From the NCBI RefSeq assembly GCF_036365525.1, contig NC_090404.1, forward strand, positions 6,882,001 through 6,946,000: DNA of 64,000 bases. Reading direction: 5' to 3'. The position numbers and the translations under genes were made by a program. Origin of the DNA: Heterodontus francisci. Its lineage: Eukaryota. Below, piece after piece: positions 47,826-59,455 of this stretch (position 1 is its first letter; each line of letters starts with the position of its first letter). The notes beneath the pieces were generated by a model, which saw only the letters and a program-made list of their open reading frames with translations, was not told the origin of the DNA and ran no database searches.

Positions 47826-50165
47826 CGGTGAAGGAACCAATAGGAGGGGAAAATATACTTGCCCTTGTCCTAACCAATCTGTCTGCCGCACATGCATCTG
47901 TCCATGACAATATTTGTACGAGTAACCACCGCACAGTCCTTGTGGAGACAAAGTCCCGTCTTCATCATGAGGATACCCTCCATCGTTGTGTGGCACGACC
48001 ACCGTGTTAAATGAGATAGATTTCGAACAGACATAGCAATGCAAAACTGAGCATCCATGAGGCGCTGTGGGCCATCAGCAGCAGCAAAACTTTACAACTG
48101 CAATCTGTAACCTCATGGCCCAGCATATTCCCCACTCTATCATTGTGAATCATCAGCGAACATCCCCACTTCTGATCTTATGATTGAAGGAAAGCCAGGG
48201 AACCAACCCTGGCTCAATGAAGAGTGCAGAAGGGCAAGCCAGAAGCAGCACCAGGCATACCTCAAAATGAGGTGTCAACCTGCTGAAGCTGCAACACATG
48301 ACTACTTGCTTGCCAAACAGCGTAAGCAGCATGCGATAGACAGAGCTAAACGATCCCATAACCAACGGATATGATCTAAGCTCTGCAGTCCTGCCACATC
48401 CAGCCATGAATGGTGGTGGACAATTAAACAACGAACCGAAAGAGGTGGCCACAAATATCCCCATCCTCAATGATGGGGGAGCACAGCACATCAGTGCAAA
48501 AGATAAGGCCAAATCAGTTGCAATAATCTTCAGCCAGAAATGCAGAGTGGATGATCCATCTCAGCCTCCTCCTGAAGTCCCCAGCATCACAGATGCCAGA
48601 CCGAAGGCACTGGATACTGCAAAGTGTATGGGACCTGACAACGTCCCAACAATTGTACTGACGACCTGTGCTCCAGAACTTGCTGCGCCCCAAGCCAAGC
48701 TGTTCCAGTACAACTACAACACTGGCATCTGCCCGGCAATGTGGAAAATTGCCCAGGCATGTCTGGTACTCTAAAAGCAGGACAAATCCAATCCGGCCAA
48801 TTACATGCGCCAAACCACCCCCCGCCCCCACCCCACCTCCCCACAAGTCCACGTTCAATCATCAGTAAAGTGATGAAAGGTGCCGTCGAAAGTGCTATCG
48901 TGCAGAATTTACTTAGCAATAACCTGCTCAGTGACGCTACGTTTGGGTTCCGCCAGGGCCACTCAGGGGCCGACCTCTTTACAGCCTTGGTTCAAGCATA
49001 GAAAAAAGAGCTGAACGCAAGAGGTGAGGCGAGAGTGACTGCCCTTTACATCAAGGCAACATTTGACCGAGAATGACAGCAAGGAACCCGAGCAAAACTG
49101 AGGTCAATGGGAAACAGGGGAAAACCCTCCACTGGTTGGAGTCGTACCTAGCGCAAAGGAAGATGGTTGTCGTTGTTGGAGGTCAATCATCTCAGCTCCA
49201 GGACATCACTGCAGGCGTTCCTCAGGGTAATGTCCTAGGCCCCACCATTTTCAGCTGCTTCATCAATGACCTTCCTTCAATCATAAGGTCGGAAGTGGGG
49301 ATGTTTGCTGATGATTGCACAATGTCCAGCACCATTCATGACTCCTCAGATACTGAAGCAGTCCGTGTAGAAATGCAGCAAGATCTGGACAATATCCAGG
49401 CTCGGGCTGATAAGCAGCAAATAACATTCGTGCCACACAAGTACCAGGCAATGACCATCTCCAACAAGAGAGAATCTAACCATCTCCCCTTGACATTCAA
49501 TGGCGTTACCATCGCTGAATCCCCCACTGTCAACATCCTGAGGGTCACCATTGACCAGAAACTGAACTGGAGTAGCCATATAAGAGCTACAAGAGCAGGT
49601 CAGATGCGAGGAATCCTGCGGCAAGTAACTCACCTCTTGACACTCCAAAGCCTGTCCACTATCTACAAGGCACAAATCAGGAGTGTGATAGAATACTCTC
49701 CACTAGCCAGGATGGGTGCAGCTCCAACAATACTCAAGAAGCTCGACACCATCCAAGACAAAGCAGCCTGCTTGATTGTCACCACATCCACAAACATTCA
49801 CTCCCTCCACCGCCGCACACAGTGGCAGCAGTGTGTACCACCTACAGGATGCACTGCAGCAGCGCACCAAGGCTCCTTCGACAGCACTTTCCAAACCCGC
49901 GGCCTCTACCAAATAGAAAGACAAGAGCAGCAAATGGTTGGGAACAACACCACCTGCAAGTTCCCCTCCAAGCCACACACCATCCCGATTTGGAACTATA
50001 TCACCATTCCTTTCCTGTCGCTGGGGGAAATCCTGGAACTGCCTGCCTAACAGCACTGTGGGTGTCCCTACCCCACATGGACTGCAGCGGTTCAAGAAGG
50101 CTACTCACCACCACCTTCTCAAGGGCAATTAGCGACGCCCACATCCCATCAATGAAATAAAAAGC
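47826..50165 (+). mobile_element. CR1/L2-group LINE (family B), 5'-truncated ORF2
   Basis: ILALVLTN, SNH endonuclease end; RT GVPQGNVLGPTIFSCFINDLP...GMFADD (49073-50050); 3' end at about 50160. Confidence 0.9.
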
Positions 50166-50169
50166 ACAT

Positions 50170-50620
50170 TCATCTGCTTTATTTGTATACTTACTTGCGT
50201 GTGATACGAAGAATAATCTGGAGATTACTACTTCTGAGCTCTGGCATACTAATTTCCTCCCTATCTCCCTAAATTCTGATGAAAGAGACCACATCCCCCT
50301 TTCTGCCGATGTCATTGATACCAATATGGACCACGACTGCTGGCTGTTTATGATCTCCCCATCAGGGTGCGCTGCAGACATTCGGTCACATGTTTGACCC
50401 TGGCACCAGGAAGGCAACACACCATCCTGGATTCACATCTGCATCCACAGAACGCTGTTTATTCCCCTAACGATCGAATCTCCTACCCATGTTGCTCTTG
50501 CAGTCTTCTTTTCGCCCTCTGCGCAGCTGAGCCAAGCGTGGTGCCATGGACATGGACCTGGCTGCACTTCCCAGATGAACCAAAACTTTTATTAGTATTC
50601 AGAACTGAATACTGATTGGA
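50170..50620 (-). mobile_element. CR1 ORF1 (esterase/SGNH-like) remnant
   Basis: Minus strand encodes FCGCRCESRMVCCLPGARVKHV and VVVHIGINDIGR, typical of CR1 ORF1. Confidence 0.7.
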
Positions 50621-51099
50621 GAGTGAGATGCACTTGGGTTGCAGACACTTCTGCGCCGTCTTTTGCTGGGCTCCCACGTCATTGAGGATGAGGGTGGTTT
50701 TGGAACCTATTTCTCCTGTCAGCTGTTTAATTGTCCAACATCGTTCATGGCTATATGTGGCAGGACTGTGGAGCTTTAATCTGATCCATTGGTTGTGGGA
50801 CTACTTCGCTCTGTGTATCACATGCTGCTTCCACTGTTTAGCATGTATGTAGTTCTGTGTTGTCGCCTCCTCAGATTGACACCGCATTTTTAAGTCTATG
50901 GAGACTAAAAATCCGGGCAGCTCCTGGCTGGAAGGAAGTTGGGTTTATACTCACTCTTGTAATGACTGGACCATTGAGGGCAGTGGGTCCCATAATTCAC
51001 AGCGGCTGAGAAAGGCCCCAATCTGTGGCACGGGCCACGTTACATTCTGAGACAACCCGCGACAAATGCGCACATCCGCAAACGGTTTAACCAAAGCTT

Positions 51100-51450
51100 T
51101 TTATATCCCCGCGTGGACAAACTTTCACTTTTATAGATTAAGATCGAGTGGTATTTTAATGGAAAGTGAAGTCGGTTTTCTTTTCAATCAGTTGCTCTTT
51201 TATATAAACGGCTAACATGGGCAGTATGTGACATCTCACAAACATGGCGGACGTCAGTTTGACTGGCAGTGGGTGACGTCACAATGCTTCCCCTCGTCAC
51301 CGCACTGTGATTTGCTGTTTCCAACATTTATTCAGGATCAGGGGTCACGAGCCATCTCCAGCCTCCTCTCAGCACCTGTGACCCCGAACTCAGAACTGTG
51401 ACCCCGAAGGGTTTCGTCTCGACATCTTAAAGGGGGCGTCACCAGTGAGA
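51100..51450. promoter_or_regulatory. Promoter/enhancer-like element downstream of Cmu copy 3 (inverted paralog of 33240-33600)
   Basis: TGACGTCA near 51274, YY1-like AACATGGCGG at 51241, TATATAAA at 51201. Confidence 0.4.
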
Positions 51451-52159
51451 CTGGTGCCTAGAAAAAGGACAGAAAGACCAAGAGACACTGCGAGGGAAGC
51501 GAAAGCTAAATATAGCTGAGAGGGCAGGACGGCCCAGAAGGATAGTGGTGGGGGAGGAGTGTGGGGAGAGATTGGAGCAGAGAAAGAGTTCAAGCATCAA
51601 CGCCACCCAGTCCCAAATATAATTCTGAGCCCTTAAGAAGGGTCGTTAATTCTTCTCTGCCTGAACCTGATTTGATATTCAACCACAGGAGACCTCGCGC
51701 CTGAACATCAGGAGTGCAGAGGAAAATGCATTCAAAAGACAATGTCGGAAGATACTGGGGTTGGAACAGAAAGCTCTGGTGATGTTCCCGTGACCGCGAG
51801 GTACCGAAAGAATCTGATGAGACAGTGACGAAGGAGGAGAGAAATTTCAGGTTGTGAAAGTGTGAGGTTCACTGACGGATCCCTGGGCTGATTTTTAGGG
51901 AGATGGTATAAGAGGGAATGGAGCAGGGAGAGAGGATCCCTGGTGTGATGTTCAGTGAGTTCAGGGAGATGGTATCAGATGGAATCGAGCAGAGAAGAGA
52001 GAAAGGTCATCAGAGAAACATGTGACAGAGGGGCAGGGGTAACAGGTATTGCAGAAAAGGTGAAGGCAGAAAGTTGGCGTGTGCATAACAGAAAAGTGGT
52101 CAGTGTATGTGAGACAGATTAGCTGGAGTGTGCGGGTTGTGTGAAGAACAGAAAATGTG

Positions 52160-52560
52160 AAGACAGAGTCTCTGTATCTGATAGACCTCAGTCTCCTGGA
52201 ATCATTCCTCCAATTTGTGCTCTCTTTTGTGTCAGATGTGTCCCAGGCTCTGGGAATCATCCCAGGGATTGTGCTCCCCTGTTTGTCAGATCGGCTTCAG
52301 GCTTTGGAAATTATTCCCAGGAATTGTCCTCCCCTGTTTGTCACATAGTCTTTGGGCATTGGAAATCATTACCCGGGGTCGTCCTCTCTGGTTCATTAGA
52401 TAGGCCCAAGGTTCTGGCATCATTCTTAGAATTTGTGCTCCTTGTCGTATCAGATAGACCCCGGCTCTTGAAATAATTCCCAGCATTTGTGTTCGATGGT
52501 ATATTGTGTCAGATACGCACCAGTCTCCAGAAATCATGCCAGGGTTTGTGCTCTCTCATG
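52160..52560. repeat. ~55-bp tandem repeat
   Basis: TCAGAT...GGCTCTGGGAATCATCCCAG...TTGTGCTC units at about 52232, 52286, 52341 and onward. Confidence 0.8.
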
Positions 52561-52569
52561 TGTTATATT

Positions 52570-52812
52570 TCTAACCTGTGCAGTACCTGTCCTGAGAATG
52601 TTTAAAGGAACAGTGCAGAGAGAGCTCCCCTGTGTAACTAACCTGTGCCGTGCCTGCCCTGGGAGTGTTTGATGGGACAGTGGGGACGGAGATTTACTCT
52701 GTTTCTAACCGGTGCTTTGCCTGTCCTGGGAGTGTTTTATGAGAGAGTGCAAAGCGAGCTTTATTCTCTATCAAACCTGTACCGTGCCTGTCCTGGAAAG
52801 GTTTGATGGGGC
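52570..52812. repeat. 67-bp minisatellite, about 4 units, opposite orientation to 37135-37464
   Basis: GGGAGTGTTT at 52661 and 52728 (67-nt period). Confidence 0.88.
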
Positions 52813-53607
52813 AGCATTCCTCCATGTATCAGAGTGCGATGGAGCAGAGCGCTGCTCTTCAATATAACCTGGCACATGACTGTGGCAGACCATAAGATGG
52901 GAGAATTCAGTGAGTTGCTCCTGGTCACTGTCCGGTCATTCAGCCACTGGGATTGGCAAGATACGGCAGAACGAAAGGTGTCTTTACTCTGAAGGGACTC
53001 TGGTTGGCACTGCAGCTCCTTCACCGAAGAGCCTTGGGATTAAACGCAACCCGGACAGGACTGTGGCAAAATAGCTGTCAGGAAAGTGAGGAAACGTGTA
53101 ATCGGGAAAAGGGAGCGGTGGTAGAGGGTCATTAGGGCAAGGAATTCAGTCAAGTCCAAGTTAGTCCATGTGTTACTCAATATTTATTAACAATTTTAAA
53201 AAAGAACATTTTACAGAGAGGATTTAAAGAAAGGTCCAAAATGAATATAACAACTTTACGTCACATTGAGTACAGAACACATACGATCTGAGCTGCCAGC
53301 TCTCTGTAAAACTGTAACAGAGCAGAGAGAGAAAACGGAGCTCAACATAAAAAGGGACCACTTGTGAATAAGGAATAGTTACTTATTTACACATGAAATT
53401 CAAACGAAGGTGAAACTCGAAGACGCATTTACATTAGAGCCACGATTATCCCACATATTTTAAAGAGGAAAACGGGAATACTATTTATGATTCTCTCAGC
53501 TACAGATTCAGAACTATAAATTGAAGGCATTTTACTGTTGGTGTTTTTCTGTTATGCAGAGATGTTTAAAAAACGAGGAAAATCCAGGGTGGCATAAATT
53601 CACTCGA

Positions 53608-53616
53608 TCACTTGAC
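53608..53616 (-). CDS. IGHM: IgM TM2 exon (VK-stop), copy 3
   Basis: cttttacag|GTC AAG TGA; candidate AATAAA at 53183-53188. Confidence 0.85.
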   Translation of the reverse strand, partial: VK

Positions 53617-53755
53617 CTGTAAAAGAGGGATAAAGGAGTGAAGCAGAGATTTCGTGGTTCGGGACATTCATCTCAAGGTTAAATTTATGAAACTTTTAGA
53701 GATTTGTGAAACAACTTCAGTTAAATTGAAGTGTGAGTGGATTGAATATTCTCAC

Positions 53756-53883
53756 CTTCACCAGAGTGACGGCAGCACTGTAGAAAATGCTCAGGAAGAA
53801 CAGGATGATGAATGTGGAAGCGGTTGTCCAGATGTTGCCGCTCTCTTCCTCATTGTCTTCAATCCAGATGTGGTCTGAGGAAT
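53756..53883 (-). CDS. IGHM: IgM TM1 exon, copy 3
   Basis: cgtag|AT... encodes DSSDHIWIEDNEEESGNIWTTASTFIILFFLSIFYSAAVTLVK|gtgag, the conserved antigen-receptor TM motif; phase matches the internal Cmu4 donor at 56563. Confidence 0.93.
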
Positions 53884-54479
53884 CTACGCGGATATAGAGG
53901 AGGAAATATCTTCAAATAGTTTATTAATCCAGCATATATTTTGCATTCGAATGTCTCTTCCTTCAGCTATTATTGGTTTTCTAATTTAATTTTCAATGTG
54001 TGGCTATTAAGTTAATCATGCTCAGTAATCTATCTCTGTTACCAACTCCACAATCATTCTTCCTTTATCATCGTCCTCCAGGCCTTATTGGAAAATGTGT
54101 CAGTTTTTTCTTCAGTGTCAGGCGCTTTTTTATTTTAGATGCAGTTGCGGTTTTTCTTAAGGGATTATTATGGTGAAATATGAGATATCGAGGGAGGTTT
54201 ACTGATCGATAACAATTATTTTGAAGATGGGTTCGGATATCTACTTATTTGGAGATTGTCAATTGTGCTGAGTAAGAGCTCGGATGCGAGTTCCAATCTT
54301 ATTTGTATGTGATGAATGTCGCTTGAAAATCATTTACATTCCTCAGTTTCTAAGTGAGAATTTTGCTTCGTTATCTTTTTAGGTCCACCGTGCATTCGGG
54401 AAGTTGTTGGAGATGGTGTCCATTCAATTAGTGCATTTGAATTCTACTTTCGTCAACAGCCTGGTGATTTTGTCTGCTC

Positions 54480-55420
54480 ATTTAGTGTTTGTGCAAATGT
54501 GTACGAGTATCTTCCTTTGCATCACTCTCTGTTTCCATGTGTACGTGTGTGTGTGTGAGTGTTAATGTGTGGGAACAATGTAGTTGTTTGGGTGCCCATG
54601 TGTGTGTCAATGCGCGTGTTTATATGTTAATGCCTATGTGTATGTGTCCATGTATGTTAGTGTGTTAATGTGCCAATGTGCATTGATTTGTGTAATCAAG
54701 TAGCCGTCTGTGTGTGTATGGTGTGTGTGTATGTGTGTGTTTGTGGTGTGTATATGTGTGTGTGTAAGTCTATATGTGTTGTGTTTCTTTATCCATCTTT
54801 GTTTATGAGCGGTTGATGTTTATTTATGTCGGTGTCTGTGTCCCGATGCATGTGTTAATATCTGTGTTTCTGTGTTGATGGATGTGTTTATGTTTCCCTG
54901 TGTTTCAATGTGTGTTTATATGTCCATGTGTGTGTGCTAATGTGTTATTTATGCCTGCTTGTGTCCCCATGAGTGTGCGAATGTATGTTTTTGTTGATGT
55001 CTACGTTTATGTATTAATGCATATATTAATGTGTGTTTATGTGTGCATGTGTGCTAATGTATGTGCTGATGTGCGCGCTTGTGTATCCATGTTAATATTG
55101 GTGTCTATTTGTTTGTGAGTGAGTGTGTTAATGTGTTAGTGTGTCTGTTTATCTGTGTGCATATGTACCCGAGTCTGTTAATATGCGAGTGTATGTGTCC
55201 ATGTATGTGTTAATGTGTGTGATAGTGTGTGCTTTTATGTCTAGGTTTCTGCTTTCGTGAGACTGTACTAACGTGTGCATTTATGTTCGTGTTTGCGTAT
55301 GTGACTGTGGGAATCTTTCTTTCAGCGTTTGGGTTTGTTTGTGTATGTAGATGCAAATGTGTGTTTGTACATGTGCGTGTGTTTATGTGTTTGTTTATGT
55401 CCGTGTGCCTGTACATTTTT
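54480..55420. repeat. Degenerate TG-rich low-complexity tract in the secretory-TM1 intron
   Basis: About 900 nt of interrupted (TG)n and TATGTG. Confidence 0.85.
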
Positions 55421-56456
55421 ATTATTAAACGAAATTTCAGAGAGCACAAATAACCACGTCTAGCCCTGACGGTGTGCACTGCAGAGAATATTCTTTATCG
55501 TTCTGTGCGTAAATCTATTCTGTGCGAGATGCAATATGACATCAGCTGGATGAATGCAACAATGAAAATGATGGGCCTCAGCACAACAGGAATAGTGGAT
55601 GATTAAATCACCAGTTAGATTTAGACTATTGGAATTTAATCTGTCAGGGAACGTGGCCAACAGGAAAATGTTTTAAGATATCATGTTGCATAAAGATATA
55701 TTTTGCAATATGTTTCCCATTTGGAATGTTTAAACCTTCGTACAGTGAACTGGAAGCCGACTTTGAACTGATGGCAATTGAATCCGATCATGAAGAGCAG
55801 TTGGCTTCCAATCTCTCTGCAGGGGGAGTGGGAGTATAGTGGGTTAACAAATGCCCTTACTCCTTTCTCTTTCGAGGAATTGGTGAGGGGTGGGGGGCCT
55901 ATTACAGTAGGTCCACAATTGCCTTCCTTCTCTATTGGTGAAGTGGAGTAACAGTGGATTAACAATTACCCTTTCCCCCTCTCTGTTTCGGATGTGGATC
56001 TACAGTAGATTAATAAATTGTACTTTCCCCTCTTTCTGATGGAGAATTGTGAGTGCAGATCGTACTTGTGTGTGGCCTTCGGTTCAGTTCCCAGAGCATG
56101 TGATGCTGAAACTGCAAACTGACCTCAATACCGAAGGGGTGGACAACACGAGAAGCAGGAATACCGATATCTAAATGCACTTCGTTTGTTCATTAGAAAA
56201 GGGAAATTTTCAGATATCCCCAGACAAGGCAGGAGGAAAGCTAAGTTGCTGGTGTTACCTTCCGGAATCCTGTAATGAATCAGTTTTCCTCTGTCGCTAA
56301 CCTGTGGGATCTGAGTTGGGAGCACTGATTGCACAAGATTTGGGCCCGAGACCTGCAAATATCCCACTTTAGATGAATAGATCTACCCTTAGAAAATGTG
56401 GGAAGCAGAATTAATTGAGCGCTTGTGTATTTGAATCGTGATTGGAGGAAAATGTC

Positions 56457-56472
56457 TTTATTGATTTTTATT
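56457..56472 (-). terminator. Two AATAAA polyadenylation signals for secreted mu mRNA
   Basis: TTTATT at 56457-56462 and 56467-56472, 30-45 nt after the stop codon. Confidence 0.8.
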
Positions 56473-56500
56473 TAAGAATTAAAATGCAATCGAGAGATTC

Positions 56501-56892
56501 TCATTGACATGAATTGACAGTATCCAACAGTGCAAGGGAAATGTTCACAAAACTCGGTTTACCGCTGGATTTATTAACTGTTCTGTTGATGATCTTCAAG
56601 GGGATCGCTTCATGTCCCACCACACAGGAGTATGAAGCGCCGCTGGCCCACTCCTCCGCTGCAATGGATAACAGGCTGTAGATGAAGTAGGAGCTCTTGT
56701 CGTTCTCCGCCATCACCTCGGTGTTCTTGTAGTTACCGGGATTCACCGACTTGTCATTGACGGTCCACTTGACGAAGATCTCTCGGGGGGAGAAACCTCT
56801 CACTAAGCAGGTGAGGGAGAGGAACCTCTGAGCGGAGACATCGTCTGCCGGGGGCAGGAGGACAGATACGGACGGTTCCCGCAGATCTTTAT
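56501..56892 (-). CDS. IGHM: IgM Cmu4 exon with secretory tailpiece, copy 3
   Basis: ttctgcag|ATAAAGATC; [17 protein letters not shown]...[11 protein letters not shown]...[23 protein letters not shown] (tailpiece NIS glycan site, penultimate Cys); internal donor AGCG|gtaaac. Confidence 0.96.
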
Positions 56893-57393
56893 CTGCAGAA
56901 AAATTAAAATCGACATCAATGAACTGGATAATTCCACAGATAATTAAACCGTTGGTTAGATGTGAGAGAAATGTGATTTGTGCTGAATTTTAAAGGTTTC
57001 CCTTTCCCCTCTGCGGCCTGTCCTGTTTCCCAGCCCGGAGCAGAGGCGGATGCAATCCCCTTCGCAGAGAACTTAAAGGATTAGACTGGAAAATTACATA
57101 GAAGTAAAAAGCACAGGAACAGGCCATTCAGCCCAGCTAGCCTGTGCTGGTGTTTATGCCGCCCACGAACCTCCTCCCACCTCACTTCATCTCTTTCTAA
57201 ACCTTTCTCCCTCATCTACTTATCTAGCTTCCCTGTAATTGCATCACCTCTGGTTCCAGAGCGTTTCGTTTGCAGAATTACAATTAAATTATCAGAATAA
57301 TCCATGAGAACACTTAATAGGACGAATTGTTCCTTGTACAAACACCGGAAATAAGCACAACCTCTCACTTATTGTTTCAATCTCACCGCTCAC

Positions 57394-57702
57394 TTTTTTC
57401 CTTGTGGATGAAATCTCTGAGAGGAGTCGGCAGATCCTGATGGCTCACCACACAGTAGAAATCAACCCCACTCAGCCAGGATTGTGCCGAGATGTCTACG
57501 GTGCTGATCACACTGTCGGAATCCTCTCCGGGTTGCACGGCAATCTCAGATTTCAAAGGCTTCTGTTCTTGTGTCCAGGACACGTTGACACCATAAGGAG
57601 CATTAGACACGAGGCAGGTTAAGGTCACCGTCGCCTCCAGTAAGACCTGTTCTATTGATGGTGGCAGTAGCTTAATTACTGGATCATTGCAGGAACAAGG
57701 AA
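57394..57702 (-). CDS. IGHM: IgM Cmu3 exon, copy 3
   Basis: 309 nt, open; [16 protein letters not shown]...LTCLVS...VSW...[13 protein letters not shown]; ttacag acceptor and gtgagc donor. Confidence 0.96.
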
Positions 57703-58267
57703 CTGTAAAACAGAAATGGCAATAAAACAAAGATTCATCTTCAGAATCAGACACCAATATTGAGCCTTCACTGTCTCTAGGAGAATAAATCAACTTCGAG
57801 ACATCGACCTCAGGCTGTTGCTTTATTAATATCGTTTATTGGAAGGACAACAACCTGAAAAAGCTTCCGGGAGATTCTGTAACATATACTGTGTACTTGC
57901 ACCCTAAAAAGCCTATAATGGGCTTTGAAGCAAGTACCCAGAGTAAAAATCGAATAATTGCGGGAGAAATTGTGTTACGCACTGAATAATGTTCTTCCCG
58001 AAATCCCTTCGGAGCAAGCTCGAAGGGCCGTATGGCCTACTCCTGTTCCTAATTCGGATGTTCGTTTGTTAGTATTTCCGCCCGTCTATCAGTCCTTGCA
58101 CCGGATCACATCTCCTCTAAATATAATGGCTCTGACACCCACGAGCTCTTTATCTAATTCACACTGGCTCATAACGAGAGTCAAATGAAATCCCGAATTT
58201 TAGGCCCAACAGGAAACAAACTTAATTTTCTGGCACCTTGTCACGGTATTTGGGGAGAGGAAAATAT

Positions 58268-58608
58268 TTAGATTTTAGATTTAGAGATACAGCACTGAAA
58301 CAGGCCCTTCGGCCCACCGAGTCTGTGCCGACCATTAACCACCCATTTATACTAATCCTACACTAATCCCATATTCCTGCCATTTCCTCACCTGTCCCTA
58401 TATTCCCCTCCCACCTACCTATACTAGGGGAAATTTATAATAGCCAATTTACCTATCAACCTGCAAGTCTTTTGGCTTGTGGGAGGAAACCGGAGCACCC
58501 GGAGAAAACCCACGCAGACACAGGGAGAACTTGCAAACTCCACACAGGCAGTACCCAGAATTGAACCCGGGTCGCTGGAGTTGTGAGGCTGCGGTGCTAA
58601 CCACTGCA
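58268..58608 (-). mobile_element. HE1-like V-SINE in the Cmu2-Cmu3 intron of copy 3
   Basis: tRNA head, V-SINE core GGAGTTTGCAAGTTCTCCCTGTGTCTGCGTGGGTTTTCTCCGGGTGCTCCGG, CR1-like tail with (TCTAAA)n; absent at about 28403 in copy 2. Confidence 0.85.
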
Positions 58609-59455
58609 TGTGAAGGAACCAATCGGAGGAGGGGTGAAAAATCGGGAAAATGCACTTCTGAGGAATCGCTTTGAGGTGCAGAATAACTTACAATAACGGT
58701 ATGAGGCAGTTTTCTTATATCTGTCATGAGTCAGAACGCCTCATATGTCAGTCTGCAGTCAGAAGGCGATCTGACAAGAGGGCAATAATAGAAACATAGG
58801 AAAAAGCGTAGGTCATTCAGCCCCTCCAGCCTGTTCTGCCATTCAAATAGGCAATGGCTGACCTGCATCTTAATCCCGTCTGCCCATATGCGATCCTTAA
58901 TAGTCTTGCTTTGCATAAATCTATCAATCTCAACATTAAAATTTCCAATTGATGCCAAACTTCAAGAGCGAGTTGAGGGAGAGAATACCAGATCACCGAT
59001 AGCCACTGCATAAATGTTAGCTTCCTGATATCATCCCTGAATAACCTTGGTCTCATTTGAAAGTTATGCCCCCTTGCTCTCGAGTCCCTCACCAGAGGAA
59101 ATATTTTTCTCCATCGACTCCATCAATTGCAGTAAACATCTTAAACACCTCAATTAGATCCCCCTTCAATCCTGAAAGCAATGCCAGTTTGGTCTGTGAA
59201 ATCTGTCCTCTTAATTTAACCCGTTCAGCCGCGTTACAATTCAAGTCAGTTTCTGTTGCACCACTCCCACGGCCAATAGATTCCTCCTGAACTCCGGAGT
59301 TCTGAATTGAACACAGTTTTCTAAATCGATGCTCTTTCTAGCGCTTGATCCCGAGGCTGTAACCAGGAAACGTCCAGCCACTTATTGCCGCTCTGAATAT
59401 AATCAGCCAACTCAAGATAAACCTGATATCAAGGCCACCTCATTCACTATGTGAC

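Noticed and set aside
58557-58608. tRNA-like A and B boxes (also 16953-17008 and 28050-28113)
   Set aside because: These are SINE heads continuing into V-SINE bodies, not tRNA genes.
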